From positions 1,457,212 through 1,521,211 of the forward strand of contig CP070691.1 of the NCBI GenBank assembly GCA_020353195.1: a stretch of 64,000 bases of DNA. The letters are read 5' to 3'. This DNA comes from Phycisphaerales bacterium. GTDB lineage: Bacteria > Planctomycetota > Phycisphaerae > UBA1845. Below are positions 9,911 to 20,603 of this stretch, in pieces; position 1 is the first letter of the stretch; every line of letters begins with the position of its first letter. A model generated the notes under the pieces. That model had not been told where the DNA came from. It saw nothing but the letters and a program-made list of their open reading frames with translations, and ran no database searches. The translations under genes and the position numbers were made by a program.

Positions 9911-11209
9911 GTGAGAATCGCACTTGTTCATGCGTCTTTCACGCCGGAACTCGGTTACGAATCCACGGTGTGGTACAGGAAGTTCCTGGACATGGGACAC
10001 CATGTCCGCGTGTTCTCTACAACGCACGTGAACACCTCTGTGCGGCATTTGTACGATAGACCCCTCCCTGAAGGGCTTATCACGCAGGACGGTGGCGAAG
10101 TGCATCGCCTGCCCGCGCGCCGTTTGCCACGTGACCTTCTGGTCTGTCCGCTGCTCGCACCGGCCGTTCAGGAGTTCCGCCCCGATCTGACCCTGTTGGT
10201 CGGCGTCACCAACACGTTCGGCTCCTCCCTGCTCAAGAATCGCGGTTCACTTTCCGGCGTCGTGTTTTGCAGCTTCGGTGAGAACCATGCACAGCGTCGC
10301 ACCGCCCTGCCCGCAACGCTTGAAGTGCTGCGAGGCCTCGCCCTCGATGCGGCCTTCCTTGCGCTCAAACGGCGCCTGGTCCGGAGAGCCATCGAGACGA
10401 CCGACGCAACACTGCTGAACACGCCTGACACGTTCGACTACCTCCTGCCCCGCGTCGCGACCGCCCGCCAGCGCGAGAGATTGCGGTCCAAGTGTGCTCT
10501 CTTCCCGCTTGGGTTTGACCCTTCGCTCTTTCGCGTCGACACCGACGCCAGGCAGGACACGCGTCGCCGCCTTGGGATTGCCGATCACGAGGTTGCCGGA
10601 CTCTACTCCTGCAAGGTCACCCCCATCAAGCGCCTGGACGTGTGGGTCTCGGTGATGGCCGCGGCGATGCGACGCGCGCCTGCGCTGCGGGCGGTCCTCG
10701 TGGGCATTCGCGAGGGCGACCCGGAGTCCAGACGTATCGTCTCGCTTGTTGGCGGCTCGGGGCTCCAAGATCGCTTTACGTGCCTACCCTTCGCCTCGCG
10801 CACGGAGTTGCCGCGCCTCTACAACGCGGCCGACTTCGGCGTGTGGCACCGGCAACCGTCGATCACCATTCAAGAGGCTATGGGGACGGGACTGTATATG
10901 ATACTCACGAACGATTCCACTGTCTCGCACCTCCTTCTCGAACCGGAAACCGGTCGCTACTTCGTGCACGACGATACCCGGGATCTGGAAGAGCGTGTTG
11001 TGGAAACGGCTAGAGCCTTCGCGGACAATGAAGTTGTAAGCCACGTGGAGGCCCGCAGGCAACGCGCTGAGATTAACGCTCGCCGATTCGGGTACGATGT
11101 TCTTGCCGAGCGCATCATAACGGCGGCAAAAGACCCCCCCAACGCCGTGGACCACCTGCAGTTCCGCGATGATTACGCTCGCGAACTGTGTCGGGAACGC
11201 CCCGGTTGA
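9911..11209 (+). CDS. GT-B type glycosyltransferase-like protein, paralog A
   Basis: GTG start, 432 aa. It aligns by eye along its full length with the product of 17107..18372, sharing blocks LPARxLPRD, LxTPDTFDxLLPR, KxTPIKRLDxWVSVMA, CLPFASRxxLPRLYNAAD and SxTIQEAMGTG. Confidence 0.6.
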   Translation: MRIALVHASFTPELGYESTVWYRKFLDMGHHVRVFSTTHVNTSVRHLYDRPLPEGLITQDGGEVHRLPARRLPRDLLVCPLLAPAVQEFRPDLTLLVGVTNTFGSSLLKNRGSLSGVVFCSFGENHAQRRTALPATLEVLRGLALDAAFLALKRRLVRRAIETTDATLLNTPDTFDYLLPRVATARQRERLRSKCALFPLGFDPSLFRVDTDARQDTRRRLGIADHEVAGLYSCKVTPIKRLDVWVSVMAAAMRRAPALRAVLVGIREGDPESRRIVSLVGGSGLQDRFTCLPFASRTELPRLYNAADFGVWHRQPSITIQEAMGTGLYMILTNDSTVSHLLLEPETGRYFVHDDTRDLEERVVETARAFADNEVVSHVEARRQRAEINARRFGYDVLAERIITAAKDPPNAVDHLQFRDDYARELCRERPG

Positions 11210-11235
11210 ATTCGTGTTCTCTTGAGAGAAACATC

Positions 11236-12225
11236 ATGCTGCGTAACAAGCGTGTGCTGGTCACGGGCGCCGGAGGCTTCATCGGGTCCCATCTTGTGCA
11301 AGCGCTCCTCGACGAAGGGAGTAAGGTTCGAGCCTTTGTGAAGTACAACGGCCGGGGGGACCTGGGGATGCTCTCCGATCTGCCCGCCGATGCTCTGGCA
11401 AGTCTGGAGATCGTATCCGGCGATATCTGTGACCCGTTCTTCGTCCAGGAAGCGGTGGCGGGTTGTGACTGCGTCTTCCATCTGGCCGCCCTCATCGGAA
11501 TCCCGTACAGTTACACGGCGCCGAGCCACTACGTCAGGGTGAACACGGAGGGCACACTCAACGTCCTGCAGGCCTGCCGTTACGAACGCACGCCGCGGGT
11601 CGTCCACACGTCGACCAGCGAAACGTACGGAACCGCGCAGTACGTGCCCATCGATGAAAAGCACCCGTTGCAGGGCCAGTCGCCCTACTCCGCAAGCAAG
11701 ATCGCGGCCGACAAGATGGCCGAAGCCTACTACAGGAGCTTTGAACTGCCCGTGGTCACCGTCCGTCCGTTCAACACGTTCGGGCCGCGGCAATCGGCCC
11801 GGGCGTTCATACCAACGGCGATCACGCAGGCACTGACGTCGAACGAGATCACGATGGGATCGCTCGATCCGGTCCGCGACCTCATGTTTGTCAGAGACGC
11901 CGCAGAGGGTTTCATTGCGGTAGGGCTGTGTGATCAAGCCATCGGACAGGTCGTCAACCTCGGGACCGGAAGCGGCCAACCTGTTGGCGCAGTCGTCAGG
12001 ACGATTCTGCGACTTCTCGGGAAAGAGAACGTGTCGATCCGACAGGATGCCACACGGGTTCGCCCCGCCAAGAGCGAGGTGATGCGTCTCGTCAGCGACA
12101 ACCGCAAGGCCAGGGAACTCACTGGCTGGCAACCGAGGCATACACTGGAGCAGGGTCTGGAGGAAACGCTCGAGTGGATGAAGAAGAACATCGCCCTCTA
12201 TCGACCACACGTTTACGCGCTGTGA
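11236..12225 (+). CDS. NAD-dependent NDP-sugar 4,6-dehydratase/epimerase (extended SDR)
   Basis: In-frame ATG 11236 of track ORF 11188..12225. It contains VLVTGAGGFIGSHL and the catalytic YSASKIAADK (YxxxK) motif. Confidence 0.85.
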   Translation: MLRNKRVLVTGAGGFIGSHLVQALLDEGSKVRAFVKYNGRGDLGMLSDLPADALASLEIVSGDICDPFFVQEAVAGCDCVFHLAALIGIPYSYTAPSHYVRVNTEGTLNVLQACRYERTPRVVHTSTSETYGTAQYVPIDEKHPLQGQSPYSASKIAADKMAEAYYRSFELPVVTVRPFNTFGPRQSARAFIPTAITQALTSNEITMGSLDPVRDLMFVRDAAEGFIAVGLCDQAIGQVVNLGTGSGQPVGAVVRTILRLLGKENVSIRQDATRVRPAKSEVMRLVSDNRKARELTGWQPRHTLEQGLEETLEWMKKNIALYRPHVYAL

Positions 12226-12244
12226 ATCGACCCACAGGATCCGA

Positions 12245-12985
12245 ATGACAACGGGCACGATGAAAGACATACGAGTGGTCATACTCGCCGGCGGCAAAGG
12301 AACGCGCCTGAAGCCCTACACGGCTGTCTTTCCAAAGCCGCTCCTGCCGATCGGCGACTGGCCGATCCTGGAAATCGTCCTCAGGCAACTCAAACACTTC
12401 GGTTTCGAGAAGGTCACGTTGGCGGTGAGTCATCTCGCCGAGTTGCTGATGACCTTCTTCGGAGACGGCTCAAAGCTGGGCCTCAGTATCAGCTACTGCA
12501 TCGAGGACAAGCCGCTGGGAACGGCGGGGTCCATCTCCCTGGTTCAGGACCTGACCGACCATTTCCTGGTGATGAACGGAGATCTGCTGACCACTTTAGA
12601 CTACGCCGCTCTTGTGCGGCACCACGTGCGTTCCGGGGCGACGGCTACGATCGGTGCGTTTCCTCGTGACGTCACGATCGACTTCGGTGTCTTGGAGCTC
12701 GGTCTAGATGGTGAGCTGCTGACTTACAAGGAGAAACCTCACTTCGAGTATATGGTCAGTATGGGCGTGAATGTCTTCCACAAATCCGTTTTGGATTTCG
12801 TGCCTCGGGGGCAGTACCTGGACATTCCGACCCTCATGATGACTCTCAAGAATCATGGGAAATCCGTGTCCAGCTACTGGTCAGAATGTGAGTGGTTGGA
12901 CATCGGCCGGCCGGACGACTATGAGCGTGCGCTGTCGGCATTCGAGGAGTCTCCGTCGAAGTATCTGCGAGACGTGCCTGAATGA
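12245..12985 (+). CDS. Sugar-1-phosphate nucleotidylyltransferase
   Basis: 246 aa with the VILAGGKGTRLKPYT signature. An alternative start is ATG 12260. Its stop overlaps the next start (ATGA 12982-12985). Confidence 0.85.
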   Translation: MTTGTMKDIRVVILAGGKGTRLKPYTAVFPKPLLPIGDWPILEIVLRQLKHFGFEKVTLAVSHLAELLMTFFGDGSKLGLSISYCIEDKPLGTAGSISLVQDLTDHFLVMNGDLLTTLDYAALVRHHVRSGATATIGAFPRDVTIDFGVLELGLDGELLTYKEKPHFEYMVSMGVNVFHKSVLDFVPRGQYLDIPTLMMTLKNHGKSVSSYWSECEWLDIGRPDDYERALSAFEESPSKYLRDVPE

Positions 12986-13899
12986 GCAAGCGGGTTCTTG
13001 TGACTGGCGTGTGCGGTTTTGCCGGCCGGCATCTGTGCGAGTATCTTGCCGGTTTGGAAGCGCCCCCTCAGATTATCGGCGCGGATGTGGCAAGTCCGGC
13101 GGCGGCTGAGTGCGAGTCATTCCATCAGATCGATCTGTCTTGCGCGACCGATGTCGCGGATGTTCTCCAGGAGATGGTGCCGGACTACATCATTCATCTG
13201 GCGGGGAGATTCGGATCCCGTGATCCTCAGGAAGTCTACCGGGCCAACGTTCTGTCCATGGCCGCGCTGCTCGAGGGGGCTCGACGGCACGTTCCGAACG
13301 CAGTGATCGTCGCCGCCGGCTCCGCCGCGGAATGGGGTCGGGTCCGCCTCGATCAACTTCCCATTACCGAGGCCGCTCCTTGCCGTCCCGTGACGCCCTA
13401 TGGACTGAGCAAGCTGCTCGCAACGCAGATCGCGTGGTACTATCACAGGGTGCACGGACTGTGCACCATGATTGTCAGGCCCTTTCAGCTGATCGGTAAG
13501 GGCGTCTCCGCGCAGTTGGCGCCGGGCGCCTTCGTTGAGCAATTGAGGCTGGCGATGCGGCAAGGGTCACCGGTGATCCGGGTGGGGAATCTGGAGACGT
13601 ATCGAGACTATCTTGACGTCCGCGACGCCATGAGAGCGGTATGGATGCTGTGCGAGACCCCGGCGGCCGGAGAGAGTTTCAACCTCTGCACAGGCAAGCC
13701 GACGAAGACAGGCGATTTGCTACAGATGATGGTTGAGTCGTGTAACGCGCAGATCACGGTTGAGGTGGATCCTGCACGCCTGCGCGGTGCCAGCGAGATT
13801 CAATGCATCTACGGTGATTACGGGAAGCTCCGGGCGCACAGCGGCTGGGAACCGGAAATCGACCTGGCGCAGAGTGTCCGCGAGGCGCTTCGTGACTGA
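12982..13899 (+). CDS. NAD-dependent NDP-sugar epimerase/4-reductase (extended SDR)
   Basis: 305 aa with VLVTGVCGFAGRHL and YGLSKLLATQ (YxxxK). It is translationally coupled to the nucleotidyltransferase. Confidence 0.8.
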   Translation: MSKRVLVTGVCGFAGRHLCEYLAGLEAPPQIIGADVASPAAAECESFHQIDLSCATDVADVLQEMVPDYIIHLAGRFGSRDPQEVYRANVLSMAALLEGARRHVPNAVIVAAGSAAEWGRVRLDQLPITEAAPCRPVTPYGLSKLLATQIAWYYHRVHGLCTMIVRPFQLIGKGVSAQLAPGAFVEQLRLAMRQGSPVIRVGNLETYRDYLDVRDAMRAVWMLCETPAAGESFNLCTGKPTKTGDLLQMMVESCNAQITVEVDPARLRGASEIQCIYGDYGKLRAHSGWEPEIDLAQSVREALRD

Positions 13900-14014
13900 A
13901 AGCCCGGCCAGACACAGCAAGCCGAGGGGACTCGCCCTGTTTCGTGAAAACCTGCGGCAACGCTCGGACGGCGGCTGACAACGCCGGCCATTGCCTCGTC
14001 TGCCCGTCGCCAAT

Positions 14015-15193
14015 ATGGCTGTGATCTCGACATCGAATCGGCCGCTGCGAATCGCGGTTCTGGCACATAATCTGCGCGCGGCCGGAGGCCTTTCGGTCGG
14101 CCGAAACCTCCTGGCCGCCCTGGCGAAGGCGGCCCCACGTCACTCCTACTTCGTCACGATTCCCACCGGGTGTGGATACGAGGAGATCTGCCGGCAGTTT
14201 CCCAACTGCGAGACAGTCGTCTGCCATCCCGGGGACGGGCTGCTGAAGACCTGGTACTTCGAGACCGTGCAACTGCGCAACAGGATCCTCCCGTTGCGGC
14301 CGGACGTGGTGCTCGCATTGGGCAATCGTGGCCTGCTGAGTCCGCCTTGCCCGCAAGCCGTTCTGATTGCGGACGCGCACTACTCTTATCCGCGCAAGCA
14401 CTACGGCGCGGAGTCTTTTCGAAACCGACTCGTCTTTGCGTACAACGGTTGGTATCTTGGCCGGGTTCTGCGGCACACGAAACTCCTCTTGTGCCAAACA
14501 CCGGTTGCTCAGCGCCGCCTCGTCCGTGCATATGGCTACAAAGGACAAACTGCGGTTTGCCCGAACGCCGTATCGGACTTGCCGTTCGGTGGCGAGGCCG
14601 ATCCGAGCGTACCGCAGGCCCTGGCACCCTACCGCGATCGAATGAAGCTGTTCTGCCTGAGCTGGTACTATGCGCACAAGAACCTGGAGTCCCTCTTCGC
14701 ACTCTTTGCACAATTCTCGCAGGAGCTTGCGGGCGTTGTCGTCGTGACGACGATTGACGCAGATCAGAGCCCGCTTGCGCGGCGGTTCGTCCGGTCGATT
14801 GAACGCTTTGGATTGCAGGATCGCATCGTCAACGTTGGCTTCATCCCGGACGCGCAACTGGCGTCCTACTACCGCCATTGTCACGCACTGTTGCTGCCGA
14901 CTTTTCTGGAAACCTTCAGCGGGACCTATGTGGAAGCCATGCGCTGGGGGCTGCCGATTCTCACGAGCGATCTGGACTTCGCGCACTGCGTCTGCGGAGA
15001 CGCCGCCCTTTACTTCGATCCGTGGAACGTGCGGTCCATGAAGGACGCGATCTCGCGACTCAGGGCAAACCCGGATCTGGGCCGGGAGTTGACAAACCGG
15101 GGTACCGCACGCTTGCAGACAATGTTCAAGTCGTGGAATGAGATCGCCGTGGATCTATCGGGCGAGCTTACAAAACTTGCGCGACTGGGTTGA
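14015..15193 (+). CDS. Glycosyltransferase family 4 (GT-B fold)
   Basis: In-frame ATG 14015 of track ORF 13991..15193. It contains the region ETFSGTYVEAMRWGLPILTSD. Confidence 0.75.
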   Translation: MAVISTSNRPLRIAVLAHNLRAAGGLSVGRNLLAALAKAAPRHSYFVTIPTGCGYEEICRQFPNCETVVCHPGDGLLKTWYFETVQLRNRILPLRPDVVLALGNRGLLSPPCPQAVLIADAHYSYPRKHYGAESFRNRLVFAYNGWYLGRVLRHTKLLLCQTPVAQRRLVRAYGYKGQTAVCPNAVSDLPFGGEADPSVPQALAPYRDRMKLFCLSWYYAHKNLESLFALFAQFSQELAGVVVVTTIDADQSPLARRFVRSIERFGLQDRIVNVGFIPDAQLASYYRHCHALLLPTFLETFSGTYVEAMRWGLPILTSDLDFAHCVCGDAALYFDPWNVRSMKDAISRLRANPDLGRELTNRGTARLQTMFKSWNEIAVDLSGELTKLARLG

Positions 15194-15416
15194 AATTTCA
15201 GGACGGACTGAGATCAAGCGGCCTTCCAACGCCGGTCGTTCGAGTGTCTGGGTTACGCGACCTATCCGGAGACGGAGCCAGCCAGGCGGCTCAGGCCTGA
15301 CGAGGCGTCATGGCGGCGCGCGGAACGCCGTGTGTCGCCGCAGCATCGAGCCGCATACGCAAAGGGGCGCGGCAGCGAGCGCAGCACCCGGGTCGCGGAC
15401 AAGGGGATGACAGGAC

Positions 15417-16970
15417 GTGTACGTGCTCGGCAAAGATTGGTCGGACGGTTTTCTGGATTACCACCGCGATGATAAGCAGGTGCGTGTCACAGTATCGGCG
15501 TGGCTGTCAGTAGGACCGGTAACGGACGTCTACTACAGACAACCCCGGACCTTCCGAACCGTGTGGAACTACATCCGCGCGCACGGCATCCGTGTGGTCG
15601 CCCAGAAGATCCTCTCCCGCATGAGGGAATCATTGCGAGACCGGCGCGTCTTCGCCGTCGGGCTGGGGACGGTGTGCGAGAGCGATCCCGAGTCCAGTTG
15701 GCCGACCGGGACTCCGGTTGCCTTTGTGGCGCCGATCGCCCCGCCATGCGTGGAGCGCCTGGTGCTGCCGGTGGAGTTCGTCAGGAGAGTCGATGACGGA
15801 CTCGTGGAGCGTACGGCCTCGTCGGAAGGCATCCGATGGACGGAAGGTGGACAGGATCATCTGTGGGACGACGAGTTGGTCGCGTGGGATGCATTCTCCG
15901 GCAGGCCGGTTCCGAAAGAGGCGCTGGATCGCGTGTTCCCGCAGAGCCTTGAGTTCTGGCGCAGCGTGATGCCAGCGCGGGGCAGGGTCCTCCCGTTGCC
16001 AGCTGCCACTCCGATTGAAGAGCGGCTGGCCAAAGCGCAACGAGCTGACGAACGCCTGACCGGTGTCGTCTTTGGTCTCGGGAATCTCGCCAAGGCCACG
16101 TTGATCCCATGCGTAAGACAACACGTCCGCATCGTCTGCGCTCACGAGATCGAGCCAACGCAATTGGGGAAGACGGATCGCCTGCGTTGGTCGGCCGATA
16201 CGAGCCCGGTAATACGGGATGATGAAGATTATGACGTATACTTCATCGCCGGCTATCACCACACGCACGCAGACCTGGCGGCCGAAGCCCTGCGCAAGGG
16301 GGCCTGGGTCGTGTGCGAGAAGCCACTAGTAACTACAGAGCGGGAGTTGGCGGTTCTCCTGGCGGCCGTTCGCGAGCACCCCGGACGGCTCTTCGCGTGT
16401 TTTCAGATGCGGTATGGACCTCTGTGGTCGTACGCCCGCAGCGATATGCGCCTCCGTCCGGGAGATCCGGTGAATTACCAGTGCATCGTGTTCGAGTCTC
16501 CGGTTCCTCGTCATCACTGGTACAACTGGCCGAACAGCCGCAGCCGACTCGTCAGCAACGGGACGCACTGGCTCGATCACTTCCTGTTCATGAACGACTT
16601 CGCCGACGTGACCGACGCCCGCGTGTGGAGATTCCGGAATGAGGACCTGAGCGTCACCGTGGAGTTGGCAAACGGGGCGGCGATGAACATGCTGATCACC
16701 CAGCACGGCAGTCCGCGGATCGGCATTCAGGAGCACGTCGAGCTTCGAGCGAACGATGTGACGGTTCGCGTCGACAACTCGTCTCGATACTCGGCGGAAG
16801 GGCCAGACCGATTCCTGCGGCGGAAGCGGAGCCGGCGGCTGGTCTCACACGAGACAATGTACCGCACGATCTGCCGGAGGATGGTCGCCGGCAAGACGGG
16901 CGACAGTCTGAGGAGTATTGAGATGTCCTGTCGCCTCCTTCTGGATCTGGAGGCGCAGTTGCCGTCCTGA
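15417..16970 (+). CDS. Gfo/Idh/MocA-type oxidoreductase with an unrecognised ~200-aa N-terminal extension
   Basis: 517 aa. The C-terminal half has VVFGLGNLAKATLIP and GAWVVCEKPLVTT (EKP motif). I recognise no family motif in the N-terminal part. Confidence 0.65.
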   Translation: MYVLGKDWSDGFLDYHRDDKQVRVTVSAWLSVGPVTDVYYRQPRTFRTVWNYIRAHGIRVVAQKILSRMRESLRDRRVFAVGLGTVCESDPESSWPTGTPVAFVAPIAPPCVERLVLPVEFVRRVDDGLVERTASSEGIRWTEGGQDHLWDDELVAWDAFSGRPVPKEALDRVFPQSLEFWRSVMPARGRVLPLPAATPIEERLAKAQRADERLTGVVFGLGNLAKATLIPCVRQHVRIVCAHEIEPTQLGKTDRLRWSADTSPVIRDDEDYDVYFIAGYHHTHADLAAEALRKGAWVVCEKPLVTTERELAVLLAAVREHPGRLFACFQMRYGPLWSYARSDMRLRPGDPVNYQCIVFESPVPRHHWYNWPNSRSRLVSNGTHWLDHFLFMNDFADVTDARVWRFRNEDLSVTVELANGAAMNMLITQHGSPRIGIQEHVELRANDVTVRVDNSSRYSAEGPDRFLRRKRSRRLVSHETMYRTICRRMVAGKTGDSLRSIEMSCRLLLDLEAQLPS

Positions 16971-17106
16971 GGGCCCCTGTCAGAATCTGTGGCTGCAGGT
17001 TTGCGACCAGGAGCCCCGCCGATAGAGACCCGGCGCCGCGTGATGGCACCGGATGGCCTTAGCCAGGCGTGCGGTCTCATTCCTTCAGGCGAACCTCCGA
17101 TTGACA

Positions 17107-18372
17107 ATGCGTGTGGCACTAGTCGATGCGTACTTTCTCACCGGCATGGGCTACCAGACGACCGGTTGGCTCCGTGCGCTGGTATCCAGAGGGCACCGTG
17201 TGCGCGCCTTCAGCTCGTGTTACGTGAGCAACATCGTGCGCCACATGTACGAGAAACCGTTTCCTGAAGGGCTCACCCAGGTGGATGGCGGGCAACTGCT
17301 GCGGCTTCCCGCGCGTCAATTGCCGCGAGATATGGTCCGATGCCCGTGCCTTCTCAAGGAAGTGCTGGACTTCGCACCGGACATGACCCTGGCTGCCTAT
17401 CCGGGAACGCTTTTCGCTCGCGATCTGTTCCGCCATCGGGAGGCCCTGCCCGGCCTTCTGTTCAGCACGTTCGCCGAGAACCGGGCCCAGCGCCTCGGCA
17501 CAGCGCCGTTCCGTAGGGCCCTGCTGGACATCGCCTTTCTCGCGCTAAAACGGCGCGACTATCGGCAGTTCATCGAAACGAGCGACGTGGCTATTCTGCA
17601 AACGCCGGACACGTTTGACTTCCTGTTGCCTCGCATTGCGCGGGGGCGACGGCTCGAACGATTGCGCCGCAAGTGTACCCTCTCGGCACTCGGCTTCGAA
17701 GCATTGGTCTTCCACGTCGATCCGGAGGCGCGTGCGGCCGAGCGAGAACGGCTGGGCATTCGGAGCACCGACGTCGTCGCACTCTACGCCTGCAAGATCA
17801 CGCCGATCAAACGGCTGGACCTCTGGGTCTCGGTCATGGCCGGGGCGATGCGGCGCGTCCCAGCGTTGCGGGCTATGCTGATCGGCCTCCGCGATGGCGA
17901 TGTAGAGAGCACGCGGGTCCTGTCGTGGATTGAAGCGACAGGCCTCAAGAATCGATTCATCTGTCTGCCGTTTGCCTCGCGAGAACAATTGCCACGGCTC
18001 TACAACGCCGCCGACCTCGGTGTATGGTACATGCAGCCATCCGTGACGATCCAGGAGGCGATGGGTACCGGTATCTACATGCTGTTGACGGACGCCCGAA
18101 CCGTCTCCCATCTGGTGCTCGATCCGCAGACCGGGCGCTACTTCCCGGCGGGAGACTACCGCCGGCTGGAGCAGCTCATCGTGGATGCCGTGAAGGAATT
18201 TGTTGACGGCGCTGCGTGGAGCTTGCCGGAGGCCCGGCTTCGGCGCGCAAGAACAAACGCGAAGCGGTTCAGCTACGAGGCGTTGACCGAGCAGTTGGCA
18301 GCAGCCGTTCAGGATCCGTCAAATGCTGTGGACCTCTTGGCGCTACCATCAGAGAATAAGGCCCGAGCGTGA
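17107..18372 (+). CDS. GT-B type glycosyltransferase-like protein, paralog B
   Basis: In-frame ATG 17107 of track ORF 17053..18372. It aligns full-length with the product of 9911..11209. Confidence 0.6.
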   Translation: MRVALVDAYFLTGMGYQTTGWLRALVSRGHRVRAFSSCYVSNIVRHMYEKPFPEGLTQVDGGQLLRLPARQLPRDMVRCPCLLKEVLDFAPDMTLAAYPGTLFARDLFRHREALPGLLFSTFAENRAQRLGTAPFRRALLDIAFLALKRRDYRQFIETSDVAILQTPDTFDFLLPRIARGRRLERLRRKCTLSALGFEALVFHVDPEARAAERERLGIRSTDVVALYACKITPIKRLDLWVSVMAGAMRRVPALRAMLIGLRDGDVESTRVLSWIEATGLKNRFICLPFASREQLPRLYNAADLGVWYMQPSVTIQEAMGTGIYMLLTDARTVSHLVLDPQTGRYFPAGDYRRLEQLIVDAVKEFVDGAAWSLPEARLRRARTNAKRFSYEALTEQLAAAVQDPSNAVDLLALPSENKARA

Positions 18373-18445
18373 TGCCGCTACATCGTGACACCGACGGGGA
18401 GGCAGGCGGGCAGATGTCCGTCCGCGAGACGGTTTGGAAACAACA

Positions 18446-20593
18446 ATGAAACAGGTCCTCCAGAGTTTGAAGACCGGACAGATCGACGTGGCGGACGTTC
18501 CGTGTCCGCTGGTGCGCCCGGGACACGTGCTGATCCAAACGCGCGCGAGCCTGATATCGGCAGGGACCGAGCGCAGCTTCGTCGAGTTCGGAAAGGCGAG
18601 CCTGCTAGCCAAAGCCCGGTCCAAGCCGGACAAGGTCCGGCAGGTACTCGACAAGATCAAGACCGACGGTTTGCTTCCGACGCTGGAAACCGTCTTCGCG
18701 CGTTTGGACGAGCCGTTCCCGCTGGGTTATTGCAGCGCCGGCGTCGTGGTCGAGGTGGGCGAAGGCGCCCACGGCTTCGAAATCGGTGATCGCGTTGTCA
18801 GCAACGGTTCGCATGCCGAAATGGTCTGCGTCCCCAGCAACCTTTGCGCAAGAATCCCCGACGGCGTGAGCGACGAAGAGGCGGCCTTCACCGTCCTTGG
18901 AGCGATCGGACTCCAGGGGATTCGCCTGATCGGACCGACCCTCGGTGAGACGATTGCCGTTACTGGCCTGGGGCTGATCGGGTTGATGACGGTACAGATG
19001 CTGCGGGCCAACGGGTGCCGCGTGCTGGGGATCGACCCGGACCCGGCGCGGTGCGAGCTGGCCCGGCAGATGGGGGCCGAAACCGTCGATCTGTCCGCCG
19101 GCGCCGATCCCGTCGCCTCAGCGATGGCTTTCTCCCAGGGGCGCGGCGTCGACGGAGTGGTCATTACGGCCGCGGCCAGCACCGACGAGATCATGCACCA
19201 GTCCGCGCAGATGAGTCGCAAGCGCGGTCGGATTGTCCTGGTCGGCGTCGTGGGGCTGAAGCTGACGCGATCCGATTTCTACGAGAAGGAGCTGACGTTC
19301 CAGGTGTCGTGCTCGTACGGGCCCGGCCGCTACGACCCCGCCTACGAAGATCGCGGCCTGGATTATCCGATCGGCTTCGTACGCTGGACCGAACAGCGGA
19401 ACTTCGAGGCGGTTCTCGAGCTCCTCGCCTCCGGACGACTGGACGTCGAACCGTTGATCAGCAAGCGGATCGAACACAGCCGGGCGGTCGAGGCCTATCA
19501 GTCGCTGACGGAGCAGCGCGACGCGCTCGGCATCCTCCTGACGTACCCTCACGGCAGGGCGGCCTCTACGAGCGCTGCGCCGGTCATACGCACCGACCGC
19601 ACGCCGAGCAAGATCGGTCCGGCGGTCGTCGGCGTGATCGGTGCCGGCGACTTCGCCAAGCTGTTCGCTTTTCCGAATTTGATCAGGACTGGGGCTCGTC
19701 TGGCTTGTGTCGCCGACGTGAACGGCGTGGCGGCAGCGCACGCGGGCAGGAAGTTCGGTTTTGAACGGACAACAAGCGATTATCGGCACGTCTTGGACGA
19801 TCCGCAGATCAATACGGCGATGGTCCTGACACGGCATGATGCGCACGCGCCGATCGTCTTGGAAGCGCTCCAGGCGGGCAAGCATGTTATGGTGGAGAAG
19901 CCCCTCTGTCTGGAACCTGGGCAACTGGACCGCATCCGCGAAGCGTTCCTCTCAGCGCAGGACTGCCAGCTGGCGGTCGGATTCAATCGCCGGTTCTCGC
20001 CGCACGCGTTGAAGATGAAATCGCTTCTCGCGACCCGAACGGAACCGCTTTGCATGAGCATGATGGTCAACGCCGGCGTCGTGCCGCCGGACGTGTGGGT
20101 CCACGATCCGAAGGTGGGCGGCGGACGAATCCTCGGCGAGGGCTGCCATTGGATTGATCTGATGTCGTTCCTCGCGGGCGCACCGGTCATCCGTGTATTC
20201 GCGACGAAGATCGGCACGGCAGGCGGCGTCGCCGTCCGTGAGGACAAGACGAGCATCACGCTGTGCCTCGGTGACGGATCGATCGGGACGCTTCACTATT
20301 TCGGAAGCGGGCACAAGTCGTATCCGAAAGAAACAGTCGAAGTCTTCTGCGACGGCAAGGTGCTGCGTCTGGACAACTTCAGGATGCTGCGCGGTTATGG
20401 GTGGCCTGCGTTCAAGAGCATGAGGCTGCGTCGCATGGACAAGGGACACCGCGAGGAGTACGTCCAGTTCGTCCAGGCCGTCGAGAGCGGCGGGCCGCCC
20501 CTGATCCCGTTTGAGGAAATCGAGAACGTCACGCGGGCGACCTTCGCCGCCGTCGAGTCGGCCGCGTCGGGCGAGCCTGTTGACGTCGAGTGA
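18446..20593 (+). CDS. Bi-domain oxidoreductase: N-terminal zinc-type alcohol dehydrogenase (MDR) fused to C-terminal Gfo/Idh/MocA domain
   Basis: Track ORF 18434..20593; ATG is at 18446. The MDR part has GHVLIQTRASLISAGTE and VTGLGLIGLMTVQM. The GFO part has VGVIGAGDFAK and GKHVMVEKPLCL. Confidence 0.8.
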   Translation: MKQVLQSLKTGQIDVADVPCPLVRPGHVLIQTRASLISAGTERSFVEFGKASLLAKARSKPDKVRQVLDKIKTDGLLPTLETVFARLDEPFPLGYCSAGVVVEVGEGAHGFEIGDRVVSNGSHAEMVCVPSNLCARIPDGVSDEEAAFTVLGAIGLQGIRLIGPTLGETIAVTGLGLIGLMTVQMLRANGCRVLGIDPDPARCELARQMGAETVDLSAGADPVASAMAFSQGRGVDGVVITAAASTDEIMHQSAQMSRKRGRIVLVGVVGLKLTRSDFYEKELTFQVSCSYGPGRYDPAYEDRGLDYPIGFVRWTEQRNFEAVLELLASGRLDVEPLISKRIEHSRAVEAYQSLTEQRDALGILLTYPHGRAASTSAAPVIRTDRTPSKIGPAVVGVIGAGDFAKLFAFPNLIRTGARLACVADVNGVAAAHAGRKFGFERTTSDYRHVLDDPQINTAMVLTRHDAHAPIVLEALQAGKHVMVEKPLCLEPGQLDRIREAFLSAQDCQLAVGFNRRFSPHALKMKSLLATRTEPLCMSMMVNAGVVPPDVWVHDPKVGGGRILGEGCHWIDLMSFLAGAPVIRVFATKIGTAGGVAVREDKTSITLCLGDGSIGTLHYFGSGHKSYPKETVEVFCDGKVLRLDNFRMLRGYGWPAFKSMRLRRMDKGHREEYVQFVQAVESGGPPLIPFEEIENVTRATFAAVESAASGEPVDVE

Positions 20594-20603
20594 GCCCCAC
20601 GTG

